Shown here piece by piece: positions 47,926 to 60,066 of a stretch of DNA of 64,000 nt. The stretch covers positions 13,826,001-13,890,000 of the forward strand of contig NW_024704757.1 in NCBI RefSeq assembly GCF_018977255.1, written 5' to 3'. Numbering within the stretch: the first letter of the stretch is position 1; every line of letters starts with the position of its first letter. A program made the position numbers and the translations under genes. Origin of the DNA: Callorhinchus milii (lineage: Eukaryota). Below the pieces are notes generated by a model that did no database searches, was not told the origin of the DNA, and saw only the letters and a program-made list of their open reading frames with translations.

Positions 47926-50900
47926 TTGTATGATTGTATGAAAACATTTGTTCTCTCAGTTTTCAGGTTGTATTTCAGTCTGAGGAGTCAGTTACCTCGT
48001 GCAATCAAATACTGAACATTTTCTCAGAACTGATACGCAAAAGTAGCCTCACATTAGTCAAGACTGGTTGGAACAGGCGGAACTGATATCCATAGAGTGC
48101 AAAAAACAGTATGTACTTTCACTGTCAAAAGCTTTTACTGTCTCTTTGTATTACAGTATTTCATAGTCATGTAATGATGTCTGGTAAGGAACACAGTGAT
48201 AAATGTCTTCTCATCCATTTCTGCAACAGTCTGCGGATAGTAAGCAAAATATTTGTCCGTTGCATCGGCTCCTGCCCTTTGCCGGGTCAATGTCACATAA
48301 AAAAAGTGGTTCGCCGTTTGCTCGGCTGATGCTGTAGGAATCTTTGTTGACTGCTAAATGAAGTAATTTATGGGCCCCCATTTCGGGTGAAAATCTTACA
48401 GTGCAATTCTCACTTATCAAATCTTGTCAGTGCATATTGCTACCATTTCATCCCTATGCGTAAAATAACCCATTCAGTTACAGTATGCAGGCACCACCCA
48501 CTGAGCGATGGATGGCGTGTTTTAGTTCCAACGATATAAAAGGAATACCTTTGAATTTAATAGTATGGCCCATTTAGAGTATCTAATGCAAGATGTATTG
48601 ATCTTTGTCTAATGTGTATACTCACTAGTGGCTGGTAACAGTTATATCATAAATGGAAAGTAGTTCGGAGACTGGTTGTTAATGTTTCATACAGAAAGGT
48701 ACCATTTATCTCTTTCAGTTGTCACTTATTCCTCCGACAAACATTTTATTTTTTTCTTCCCAATTTTGTTCCCAATCCCCGCACATCCTTCTCCAAGTGT
48801 GAGGTTAAGCGATGGTTAGATGGGCCATAGACTTCTTCACAGCTATTGTCTAGGGAATTCTATTGTCTATTGAAGGAAATTACAATATGCGTCTGGGGAC
48901 CAGGACTATCTGTGGGCAAGACTTTCCTGCCCTCCACTTCTCCTTGTTGTTCCATCAAGAAATTCAGAGAATGGAGGGGCAAAGAGATTATAAGTGAGGG
49001 GAATCGGAATGGTGGAGGCTGACGTGGAGTATTAGCACAGGCATGGACTAGTTAGGCAAGGGACCTTGTTTCCTTTCTCTATCAGGTAAACTACAGGGGT
49101 ATATAGGGAAAGAGCAGGCAATGGGACTTAAAGCATTGCTCTTAAAAAGAGCTAGCACACACACAATGGGCTGACTAGCCTTCTTCTGTGGTGTAAAATT
49201 CTCTGGTACTGTGACTTTATGTGATACTCTGTGCAAGAAGAACTGGTAAAATCTCCCAACCAAAGCAGGTCAGCCTGAATGCAAGCTTGAAGGCTGGGAT
49301 TAAATTTACAGTCCCAGCTGTTTGTCCATTCTTCACATGTCGAGAGAGGTTCTTTGAACTGTAGAAAGGAAGGAGTTTGAGACACCAGAAGAGAAATTTA
49401 CGACCTTGTCCAGAAAGAAATGAAAGAATTGAATAAAATTCCAAGAATTTCAGCAGTGAAATGTTTATAATGCTGACGCTGGATAATGAAATATATATCA
49501 TTACATCAAATATATATCATTAAAGGAGCAAAAAGACTTTGATCCCTTACAAAATGCAAAAGGCATGCAACCAAGGGAATGGATGTGAAGGGGATGAGCT
49601 CAGTAGCCCTGCAAGGAGATTCAAGTGAACTCTGTACTTTCAATCCTAATGTCAATTGTCGGAACAGCAAGACCAATACATTACTTGGAGGTAAAAAGCT
49701 TATCTAAGCCTACAAAATAATCAATAGTTTTATATGCTCTTCCAATCAGACTTGACTTTCATCACATTCTGTCTCTCTTCTCCCAAACACATATGAGCTA
49801 CAACTGTTAAGAATGGTCTATCCTCTCTTTTTCTTCTGAAAAAAAATCAATCTTTGGTGAGATTTCTAACTATAAAGAAACACTGGAAAGAATCAATATT
49901 TATTATGCTTTGAAACTGCTGTTTTTTAATTTCCACTCCTGTGCTATTATTCATCAATAATTACAGGGAGCAACATACATCAAACGAAGCATTGCAGCTA
50001 TTGTTTACCCCAGAAATATATGAAGGCAGATGCTTCCTGTAATAAATGTGGGCTGGAAAGCTAATTTTTTAGACCAATCCATAATCATTAAGTGTTTCAC
50101 AAAGGGTTTACGGCTCCTTCTAATAAAAAAAAAGGACTTCAAAAGCAACTGATAACTCATTTAACCGTTTATGTTCCCCAATCTCTCCTATCGATTCCGT
50201 TGGATGTTCCTGGCTTCCTTGCAATTCCACAATGCAGAAGTTAGAAAGGACCCTTCTGTTAAAGCCAGATAAGCTCCGATTTTTACATGATAGGAAGAAG
50301 TTTTTCGCTCGGTTCAATCGTACTCACGGGTGAAATACAATGAGGAGGAAAAAGGCACGCAAAACGGTGAGTTGAAAGATACTTCCTGATGCCAAAAGTG
50401 CCTCCGGTTCTACAGACCACCAGCACCATGGCAGAGACGAGACTGGTCGCCACCACGGGTCAGGGAGAACGGCTTTAAGAAAGTATTTTAAAATCCCTCT
50501 AATAGGTGTTCTTTATTGGTTGTGTGACAGGGGTTTTGCTAAATGGTGAGTCAAAATGAGGAGTGCTGATTTTTAGTCATCCATTACTTTAATGAGCAGA
50601 GGCTGAGCAAAAGTGCTGACAGACTGGAATTCATATACTCGGCCCCTTTTCTGCCTCCTCCGAATTTACTAAGAGAATAGAATATCGTGAAGAACTGATA
50701 CAGTCGGTTGGTTACCTCCTATGGCAAATCGTACGACCTAGAATGTTCCGCCGGGCATATTCGGTACAGGTTGTACAGCTGAGAAATATGAAAACGATGT
50801 GGCAATATCGCACGAAAGAAAATATTCTGCGCGAGGCGCGCTGGGTCAACACAACTTGTTGTTGCTGTTGAATAAAGCGTATTTCTGCAGACACGGGGTT

Positions 50901-51124
50901 AAAAAAAAACCCAATGCAAAATCAACATGACTCGCGACCAGTGATTTTCCAGGAGAGTAACTCCTTGCCGAAGCAGGGCTGATAACCCACTTACTTGTTC
51001 CAGTAGCACACGTGTGCAATGATGCCTGAAGGCTATCAACTTTCACTCGGTCTCTTTACAGTTCCGGTCGGGGCTGTACTCTTCTCAAGGCCTGCTCACG
51101 TTTCGGGGAAACCTGTGTTCTCAG

Positions 51125-51234
51125 AAGAGCCTGGATTGTCAGTCTGGTCTGTAAGATCAAAGTCCTGACTTAGGGGCTTGAACCCACAGCGTTCTGACTC
51201 TAAAGCCGGTGCCATCCACTGAGCCACACTGACA
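51125..51234 (-). mobile_element. Deu-SINE head fragment
   Basis: CTTGAACCCACAGCGTTCTGACTC..GTGCCATCCACTGAGCCAC is the reverse complement of a tRNA-like head. Confidence 0.7.
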
Positions 51235-51344
51235 CCTGCTTGATGGGACTACTGGCCATCTTCTGTGACCTAAACTTCCAATAATTCTATGACAGTCTCA
51301 CTAGAAACTGAAATGAAACTCTATATGAATGTACAGTACAATAC

Positions 51345-51482
51345 GAAATGAAATGACATTTGTCTCGCGCCTTTCGCTTCGGGAGGACGCCCCAAGGCGC
51401 TGGACATTCTGGGATTTATCGGGATCGGAGAGGGTGGAGGGCAGGGAGGATAGGAGGGTCGCCGAAGGCTCGGTCGAATATA
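51345..51482 (-). mobile_element. L2 3' end fragment with (TTTCA)n tail
   Basis: GAAATGAAATGACATTTGTCTCGCGCCTTTCGCTTCGGGAGGACGCCCCAAGGCGC, G-rich UTR, CCGAAGGCTCGGTCGAATA (FDRAF on the minus strand). Confidence 0.75.
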
Positions 51483-52726
51483 TAGTGGTCTGGTTTATCC
51501 TTGATAAATCAGAGAGGAGGACGAGAAGATCCTCCATTTTGTTTGGCTAGACTTCTGAAGCACCCAGAGCTTGAATCATACCCATGACTGTGTTTTGAAG
51601 GAACACTGACAGTTTGCTCATTGCCACACAAAAATATAACACAGTGCCTGGTTTTATATAATGAGCTGATAATTCACTTTGCCAGTCATTCTGAGGGTGT
51701 TTGTTGTCAGTGGGTGGAATAAGCACTTCTCATCTCACAAATGACTGGTTTGAAATGGATTCAACATGGTTTGGGACCCAGATAGGCAGTAGAATAAGAA
51801 ATAATGCTTATGTTTCAGCTGAAAAAATCTGACAGCCAGGGTGGGGGGGTGAGGGGGGGGAGAGAGAAAAACGTGTTCGTGAACATGGAGACTAATGTTA
51901 GGAACAGTGGTTGGTCTACCTTGGGTCTTAAATCATCCGATCTGCTCTTTTGTTCAGCTGTTGTCATGTACAGAACATGATGGAGAAACGTGGAAATAGG
52001 ATTTTCTTTACAAAAACAGAGATAAATGCCAAGGCGTTAACTGCAAGTAATTGTTAATTGTTTATCACACAGGGAAGCCTTGTTTTGCGGTGGTCAGCGG
52101 GGTCCAATGTCTCAGCACTGTTGTTAAGCGGTAAAATGGCTGACTTGTGGGTCATCGGGTCACCGCTGACGTCATTGTCACTTCCTTTGCAAAGTGACAT
52201 CAGCAACGCTTCCTGTGCATCGGGTGACCTGTGCGTCGCCTCCTGTGAGGGTCCGTGGACAGGAAGAGGTGCCCTGTGGTGATCTGACAACCGAGACGTA
52301 GAAAGTTGTGAGATCACCTTAACGTACAAATCATGTTCGGCAGCATTAGAAGCCACATGTACCAGTTAGCATGAGTCCGCACAAACAGGTCAGGGCTGTA
52401 TTTTTAAAGGCCACTGTAACAGACATTCCCTTTATTGCCCCTTTCAGTTACAAACCTCAACTTGTCCTTCAAGAAAGATAGAGGGTGATGTTGATTTTGC
52501 ATTTCTTTCTGAGTGTTTATTTTGTCCCCTCTGCATTTACAAACATTTGCTCTTCACATGACTGCAGTAATGACAGGCAACGTCAGTGGAACATTTTGAC
52601 ACTCAGTACGATTTCACAGTCCATTAGAAGATAGATTATTCAGTCCTCCTAATCCGATTGGCGAATGGAATGGGTTTTTGCAGATTTAATTATTTTCAAC
52701 AAGCCACACATTGGCTGAACAACGCT

Positions 52727-53118
52727 CTGTGTTACACAGACCATCTCCTGTTCTGTATTACGCAGTCCATTTTCTGTTCTGTATTACACAGCCCATTCAT
52801 ATTTTCAAGTCTGAGGTGGATAGATTTTTGTCAGGTCAGGGTATCAAGGGATATAGGGCAAAGGCGGGTAATTAGAATTGAAGTACAGATTAGTCATGAT
52901 CTGATAGAATGGTGGAACAAGCTCAAGGGACTGAATGGCCTACTACTGTTCCTCTGTTCCTATGTCTATTTACCACTCTATGTTTCACAGATCATCTCAC
53001 GTTCTGTATTACACAAGCCATTTATATCTCTGCATTACTCAGTCCATCTCCTCCTCTGTATTACACAATCCATCTCCCGACCTGATCTACACAGTCCGGC
53101 TTGCACTCTGTATTCCAC
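52727..53118. repeat. Decayed 26-nt minisatellite (~8-9 units) interrupted by a CR1 fragment
   Basis: Units like CTGTATTACACAGTCCATCTCCTGTT at 26-nt period. Confidence 0.85.
52801..52965 (+). mobile_element. CR1-clade (shark HER1-like) LINE 3' end
   Basis: IFKSEVDRFLSGQGIKGY ORF2 terminus; GGGACTGAATGGCCTACTACTGTTCCT(CTGTTCCT) tail. Confidence 0.85.
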
Positions 53119-53364
53119 CACCCTGGCCACTGCTTAGACATACAACCTCCCCGCCCCCCTCGCCCCCCATTCCACCAAGTTGTCACCAGTGTCTCACACC
53201 CTCTCCCCAGTCTCCTCCTTCATGATAAAATCTAACAATCCTGCTGCCCAACATGCAGAAAGCAATATTTCAGCCTCAGGACTTTGACATAAATGAAGCT
53301 GAAGTTCTAGATGGGCTCCAGAGGCTGAAAACCAACCAACCAACCAACATATTCTTACAAAGGG

Positions 53365-53530
53365 CTATTCGCTTCACAGCTGTTGGTGTGACATTGCTGT
53401 GCGCAAATCAGCTGCCGTGTTTTTCCGTAAACACACAGCAGTCACTACACTTTTACAGTAAAGCCCTGTGAAGCGCTTTGAGCCATGATAAGGCGTTCTA
53501 TCCAATGCAAGGATTACCATTATTATTATC
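53365..53530 (+). mobile_element. SINE 3' half
   Basis: ACATTGCTGTGCGCAAATCAGCTGCC..GTGAAGCGCTTTGAG..GATAAGGCG..ATGCAAGGATT. Confidence 0.85.
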
Positions 53531-54054
53531 ATAGAACCCCACCCCAGGAGGAGCGATGACGTTTACCTCAAGGAAGCTTAAGAGGGACAAGGCAGAAGAT
53601 TTGTGAGGCATTGAGAGATCTGTTGAGGGAGTCAATCACTATCATTGTCCAGTGTCGCATCATTACTTCCTAAACATAGGGCACAGTGGTGAAGTGGTCT
53701 ATTTCACAAGACCTCAGGGGAGAGAGAGGAAGGGAGGGAGGCGGTCGGTAGCCCCATGCAGGTCTTTGAAGGCAGCAGCGTTACTCAGATCAGCGCAAAC
53801 GTAACGCGACCATTAATAGCTAAGTGACCTTTCAGCCCTCCCTCCTACAGTGAGAACCGAGGTTTCTGTTCCCCATGAAAAGCGTCAGAATCCTCCTCTT
53901 TTTATCCAAATGGATGCTTCTATGAATTTCCCCAAATCGTGCTTAAGCAAACGTCTCCCTCTCTCTCTCTCTCTCTCTCTGGGTTTTGGGATGATTTATT
54001 CAGTGTTGTCTTCTGCCTGCTGCTTCCCAGGCGATTTTAATTATGATGAAACTG

Positions 54055-54170
54055 ATACACAGGCAAAACGCACAGTCACTGCGCTTCACAGCAAAGCCCT
54101 GCGAAACGGTTTTAGATGTCTCAGTGACAGGGTAAGGCGTTATATCAAATGTAAGGTTTATTATTATTAC
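54055..54170 (+). mobile_element. SINE 3' module
   Basis: CACAGTCACTGCGCTTCACAGC..TAAGGCGTTATATCAAATGTAAGG(TTA)n. Confidence 0.8.
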
Positions 54171-54281
54171 GGTTAAGAGGTGTCATCACCTTTCACGCTC
54201 ACAAATGGAATGCAGCAGTATATCACATCCAGGACAATGTTTCATATTTCTTCCAATGAATGCAGCAAGGTCAGAGTACAT

Positions 54282-54665
54282 AAAATAATGATAATATTCC
54301 TTCCATTTGATAAAGCACCTTTTCACATTGTGAGGACTACTCAAAACACTCCTCAGGATTTACTGTAAATTGCAGAGACTTTGTATATTTTGCAGGCAAA
54401 CAGCAAGCGGTCAACCTGCGCACAACAATGTCCCACAAACAGCTATGAAGTGAATGATCCCTTTTACTTGGAGGGATTGTTGGCCAGGACACCGGTAGAA
54501 AGTCTCTTCTCTTTTGAATGGTGCCGTGCGATTTCTAATCTCCACCAGAACACGCGCAGAAGACATCGGTTTAATGTCCCATCCGAAGCGCGGCACCTCC
54601 AACAAATGCGGCAAAACCCACCCCCACCCCGAGCACTGTATTGGAGTATCAGTCTAGATTATACC
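54282..54665 (-). mobile_element. Deu-domain SINE lacking head
   Basis: GTCCCACAAACAGCTATGAAGTGAATGA, TTGGCCAGGACACCGG, TCGGTTTAATGTCCCATCCGAAG..GGCACCTCC. Confidence 0.85.
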
Positions 54666-55349
54666 AATTCAAAGTTCTTGTTGCGTTCACCCACAAAACA
54701 CAAAGTTTACGCCACATCTTGCAAAGGCTTTGGGATGTCCTTCCAATGTGAAAGGTGCTATACCAAAGGTGAGGAGTATTATTACCCGTGAAGCGCTTTG
54801 AGTCATTTCAATGTTTCGGACACTGTATAAAATGCAAGTATTGTTATTAATACAAGAGCAGCGTGTAAAGAGACGTATGAGATTGGCGCTGGTGATCCTG
54901 ATAAACAAGCAAACAACTTTCCGAAGGTCAGGCTGGCAAATAAAATACCCTTAGCCAGGTTCCTCGACGTCTACCAGCTGGTTTGGGAAACTAATTCACT
55001 TGGGGACGATTTTTCAATTCAAACCCAACAAAAAAAAAAAATCGCCTGTTTAACTGACATGAAGCAAATAGAATTTCGCTCCCCAGTGTTGACACAGGCT
55101 TGAATAACGCTCGCTTCTTGGTAAAAGTATTTTTGTGGCTGGAAAGGGAATAGCGCCGGGTTCCATTCGAAGCGATTCATAACCCATCAAACTGCCATCG
55201 GCGGCAGACTCGAGGAAAAGAAGCAGAACTGACTTATACCAGCGGGGAAATTGGGCACTTCTATAAACATACGCAAAGTCTCCTCTCCACTCAGTCTGCT
55301 CGCTCACTCTCACACGAGCACTGAGCTTTGTCAATTAGAGGAGAACTCA

Positions 55350-55435
55350 AGTCACTTTACAGTATATTCCACGAAGCGCTTTGAAAAGTCTTGAAGACGT
55401 GATAAGGCGTTATATCAAATGCAAGGATTATTCTT
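55350..55435 (+). mobile_element. SINE 3' module
   Basis: CACTTTACAGTATATT..AAGCGCTTTGA..GAAGACGTGATAAGGCGTTATATCAAATGCAAGGATT. Confidence 0.85.
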
Positions 55436-55790
55436 AACCATTATCATAACTAATTTAACTCTGTCGTGGCTGCCGTACCAGTTTAAACAAACCTATGGCC
55501 GAAATGACAAGGTTCAAATCCGTCGTCTTGGGCAATTGGTTTACGTCCCAAGTCAATATTCTTTTTGCGTCAACAAAAATATAAAAAGAGCCATTTCCCG
55601 CACAGAAGCTGAACATTTTGCTAATATTTTCTCTCTATCTCTCTCTCTCTCTCTCCCTCTCTCCCCCTCTGCATTTCAAGATGAAATCTCTCTCACATGA
55701 ACGTAAATTGAACTAAAAATGGGGGGAATAAAATAGCCACATATTTGAGAAATACTGATATAAGATTTCGAGCACACCAAATTGAATTGT

Positions 55791-56039
55791 TTCAATACAC
55801 AACCATTTAACCCGGAGTTAAAAAAAAACAACCCCCACAGACTACTTTGTGCCCACCGAAAATATAATTCCTTCACCATACGGGCATTTTACAACCACTA
55901 AGAGACTTTTTTCCTCACCACACAGCCATTTTACTTGCCACAAAACAGCTACTTTAACCCGCAGCCGTTTGACAAACTAAAAGGCAGCAGCTTCACCCAC
56001 TCAGTCATTTTACACACCAAGAAACAGTGACTTCACCAC
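55791..56039. repeat. Decayed ~40-nt minisatellite
   Basis: CTTCACC..CAGCCATTTTAC-like units at 55871, 55913, 55952, 55991 and 56031, plus weaker upstream units. Confidence 0.7.
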
Positions 56040-57059
56040 CTGGTCTGGCTCATAAATCACGTTTAAACTTTGTTTGGGTTGCTATTGTCGCTCAGAGGCA
56101 AGCAGAATTGCATTTGACGCCTTAAAAGAGAAGTGTGAAATTCAACTGTTGCGTTATTTTCAATAATCTGCAGAACAAAAGCGAGTACTTGCTATTGTCT
56201 GGCCACAGATTATCGTCCTGAGTGAGATTAAATCGCTAAAATAGCTATTCAGATGGCGGATAAATCACCATCACTGTTTTCAGCACACAAAGGCTTTGAC
56301 TCCAATCTTACAGTTGTTAGGGAATTTATGCTCACAAATGGGTGGAAGGGCTATTGTAGAACCTGTTCCTGTCAATTCATGGGTGAATTGCAGGTCTAGG
56401 GTTAGGGTTAGGGTCAACCAGAGAACCACAGAAGCACCTATCTTCATCGAGGCTTGGCAGAACAGATCAATGGCTCATTTCACCATTACTTTAAAGCAAA
56501 AGTCTTCAGCTCCTGTTATTTCTATCGGATGTCAAAGCAAAGTAGAATTTCCCAAACTTGGGTAATCCCACAGCAACTGGGTGTCACATCGAGTGAGATC
56601 TTATCTTAGTCCTCCCTCCTTGAGGAATTCCAGCGTCTGGTCATATCCAGGAACATCACCCAAGGATATTACACCACCTGGGACATCGCATCACCTTTTT
56701 CGAAAGCGAGTGTGTGAAAAAGGGCATTTCACACTGAGCCCTTCTTGTCCTGAAGATGTAAACAGGACCGAAAATCCCACACAGCTGAGGGCTCCTCTCC
56801 AAACCAGCTGTCGCTATCGATTTGAAATGACATAACACGCAGTGAAAGGAAGTGTGCTAACAATACACTTCTTATTCTTTTAGCTCCAGCACATAATGCA
56901 TTTTGCTGTTTATTGTTGGCCACTGAAGTGCTCGCCCAGGTTATATTGTATATTGTTGCTCAGAAAAGTAAATTTCACAGTTGTGACAGCTCTGGAGAAA
57001 AGCTGTGCGATCATTCCCAGTATTGTCCTAAATCAGTACGGTCATAAGTAATACGATCA

Positions 57060-57690
57060 CAGGATCACAAGATTGGTTTGGATGAAGAAGGCCCTTTGGT
57101 CCATTTGCGCCCATCCTCCCTGAATACCTTCTCTACCATCTTCCCATCACAGCATCAAGTCTTGCGTGCAGGCCACAGTTATTGAACGCCCTCTGGGTAA
57201 AGAAACACTTCCTGGTGTCTGTCCTGAAACTGCCCTTTGCGATTCTGAACCTCTTGTTTTACTGTCTTGGTGCATCTGAAAGTAATGTCCTGGGTATACT
57301 TTCCCAATTCAGTTTAAAAATGTTTAAACCTCCATCCGCTTCTGTTTGAGATATGCCCTTTCAAGACTGAGGAGCTATGGTGTGTCTAATTGTTGCTCAT
57401 AACTCATTCATTCCTCTAAAACTGGGAATTATCCTTACAATTCTCCCCTGCATTGTGTCCCTGGCTTGAATAGCTCCCTTATACCATGATAACCTTGACC
57501 CCAGCACTGTATAGCTTGAGCAGGACTTCTGGATCTGAGCACACCCGATTCGGCAGTGCAGCCCACAAACTTGTTTTTACTGTTTATTGCTGCCTCGCAC
57601 TCTTATGACAAGGTGAGCGATGAGTCAACGTAACCCCCCTAGGTCTCGTTCAGCTTGCCCTTGCAAGTTCGATCCCATTCGTGCAGTGCC
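57060..57690 (-). mobile_element. CR1-clade LINE 3' fragment, degenerate
   Basis: Minus strand RKCFFTQRA and LSLER..EV motifs of the CR1 ORF2 C-terminal region; GGACCAAAGGGCCTTCTTC-type tail. Confidence 0.7.
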
Positions 57691-57873
57691 TACCACAATA
57701 TCAGGTTAGAAACAAGATTTTGGAAGCTTGAGGAGTTTTCAAACCGATAGGCCTGCTAGATTAAGAAATCTGGACTTCCTACACTACGTTAAATCCCCAA
57801 ATATGATACTTATCTGATGGCATAAATCACAAAGGGTGAGAGGTAACTAATGAGAGCTTGAACATCAATTGCT

Positions 57874-58219
57874 GGAGGTGTCGGATATTGGTTGGAGCAC
57901 TTGCCTTGCAAGCGAGAGGTCTTGGGTTTGATTCCCGGTCGGGGCGAAACGTTAGGCAAGTTTCCTTACTCCACACGCCTCTGTTTACCGAGCAGTAAGT
58001 AGGAACCCGGTTATTATTTGATTGGCAGATCGCTTTTCCGTTGGTAAATAATCCTTTTTGAAAAAATGTGGTCCCGCAATCCACGACTGTTTGTGGGACA
58101 CCGCTGCGCATTTTGTCCTCAAAATGTACATCAATTCAATTTACAGTATATCCTGTGAAGCGCTTTGAGACGTCTCGACGACATGATAAGGCGCTATATC
58201 AAGTGCAAGGATTATTATA
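57874..58219 (+). mobile_element. Family A CORE-like SINE, near full-length
   Basis: TGGTTGGAGCACTTGCCTTGCAAGCGAGAGG..GGTTTGATTCC, GGCAAGTTTCCTTACTCCACACGCCTCTGTTTACCGAGCAGTAAGTAGGAACCCGG, 3' module. Confidence 0.9.
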
Positions 58220-59227
58220 ATATCCAATCCAGCCCCAACCAAAAGAAACCCACATTAACACCCTGCTTTCCCGAGAGCCTGATTTGTAATCTCACCAGAC
58301 ACCCGTCTCTTAAATATAACTTGGAACAAATTAATGGAACGCACAGTGTCAATCTAAATATTAACAATATAATTGGACCTTTGACAGCTCATTAATACAC
58401 ACAGGTCTGTGCTCATTCAGAACTGTGCACATCAGTAACATTTTGTTTGAAGGAAATAAAGAATGTTTGACACTGCGTAGCTGTAATGTAGTAAACATAA
58501 AGGATGTACAGTGAGAACAGAGCGAGGTAGTTTATTCTTGGAGTTATGAAGACCATATAAAGTTATGACTTTATCTCTCATGACTTATGTATAAAGTAGT
58601 AGGTTCCTGGGAATCAGTTGCACAAAGATGTAACTCAGCCGATCATAAACCACCCGAATCTAAGACACTCCCTGCTCTATTGTTGTATGGCAAATTGAGA
58701 CTTCAATTTGTGAAGAAAACTCATTTAAATCTCCCAATCTGCTCCTTGCGATCGGTGCCATAAACCGAGGCAGAAACGTGCAATCTGGGTTCGAGTCAAA
58801 TTGAGCTCTACAAGTTTTGCATCAGTGCCTCAACTCAGTTCATGAATCATTTAAAAATACTGCAGGCAACCCAACAATATTCACTTGATGGGGGCAAATT
58901 CATGTTGTCTTCCAACTGATTAATTTTATATCAGCTCCTGAATTCATTTCCACATTTTATGTTGACAGTACCTTTAAATACAGCGTAAGGTGAATGATTT
59001 TTCTTTACGAAGTTTGCAGAAACTAGAAAAGTACATGCCTTGGTTATTCTCCCAGTCCCTGTGGTGCAGATTTAAATTGCAATCTGTTTTAGGATCCATT
59101 GTTATCAGTTTTACTGGTTCAGCAGCTTCTAGATTTACCACAACTAAGTTTCAACTAAGCAACAGAGCTGAAATGGAAACGGCTTTGCTTAAGCGAAAAT
59201 TTAAGCGGACTAGAGAGAGGAAGGGAG

Positions 59228-59358
59228 GATGCAAAGGTTATCGACCTGAAAAAATCGTTAATTCAATCTCCTCTCGCCATAGATGCTGCCTGACCTGCTG
59301 CGTGTTCCTAGCCACCTCCTTTTTTTATTTCAGATTTCCAGCATCTGCAGTAGTTTTG
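59228..59358 (+). mobile_element. Penelope-like terminal repeat remnant (common chondrichthyan repeat)
   Basis: AGATGCTGCCTGACCTGCTG..TTTTATTTCAGATTTCCAGCATCTGCAGT, recalled from shark and ray genomes; family assignment is from memory. Confidence 0.5.
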
Positions 59359-59947
59359 TTAGCGAGAGGAAGGGGGTGGGGGAGGGGGGGGGCAATGGGG
59401 GCTGGCTTGTTCCTGGATTATATGTGGAGTTACATAAACCGATTGCATAAAAGACGTTATATAACACAAGGTGTTGTTGTTGTTTATTCTGAATGCTTTA
59501 CTGTCACGATTTCTGTATTAAAATAACTTGTGGGTCATGGTCTTCCTACTCCATACAGTGCTTAATTATTTGAGTTAGTGTAGGTGGGTCCAAGTTACTT
59601 CTCTCCACTATCACCTCAGCGCCGGATAAATTTAGGTGAGTGCAGTTACTGCTGTATACCGGCAGCCGGTTAAGTAAGACATGGCGAAGCATACAGTATC
59701 GCTATTTTTCGGTTCAAAATTTTTATGAGCTATTTATTGTATCTGAGTGAGAAGCTGGACAGGAAAGCAATGGGAGTTGGAGACGAAACTGCTTCCTGAA
59801 TGGACACGAAACAGCATCAAACATTCCTGGGCACTTTGATCTAATTAATTATCATTAACCCACAGATTGCTGGCTTAGACTGCTTCTGTACATCACCAGC
59901 TCATGTACTTTGTTTTAATGAATTAAAAAGCCCCAAAACAACGATCC

Positions 59948-60066
59948 TCCAAAATATACAGTCAATTCACTTTGCAGTATATTCTGTGAAGCACTTTGAG
60001 ACGTCTCGAAGACGCAATAAAGCGCTATATCAAATGCAAGGGTTATTATTATTATTATTACTATTA
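59948..60066 (+). mobile_element. SINE 3' module
   Basis: ATACAGTCAATTCACTTTGCAG..GAGACGTCTCGAAGACGC..CAAATGCAAGG(TTA)n. Confidence 0.9.

Noticed and set aside
55871-56039. CRISPR-like array
   Set aside because: Vertebrate context, repeats are not identical, putative spacers are related to each other, no cas genes.
56396-56414. Interstitial telomeric (TTAGGG)n
   Set aside because: Only about three units; too short to interpret.
58990-59526. Longest ORF (178 aa)
   Set aside because: GTG start, runs through a repeat remnant and a G-run, no recognisable domain.
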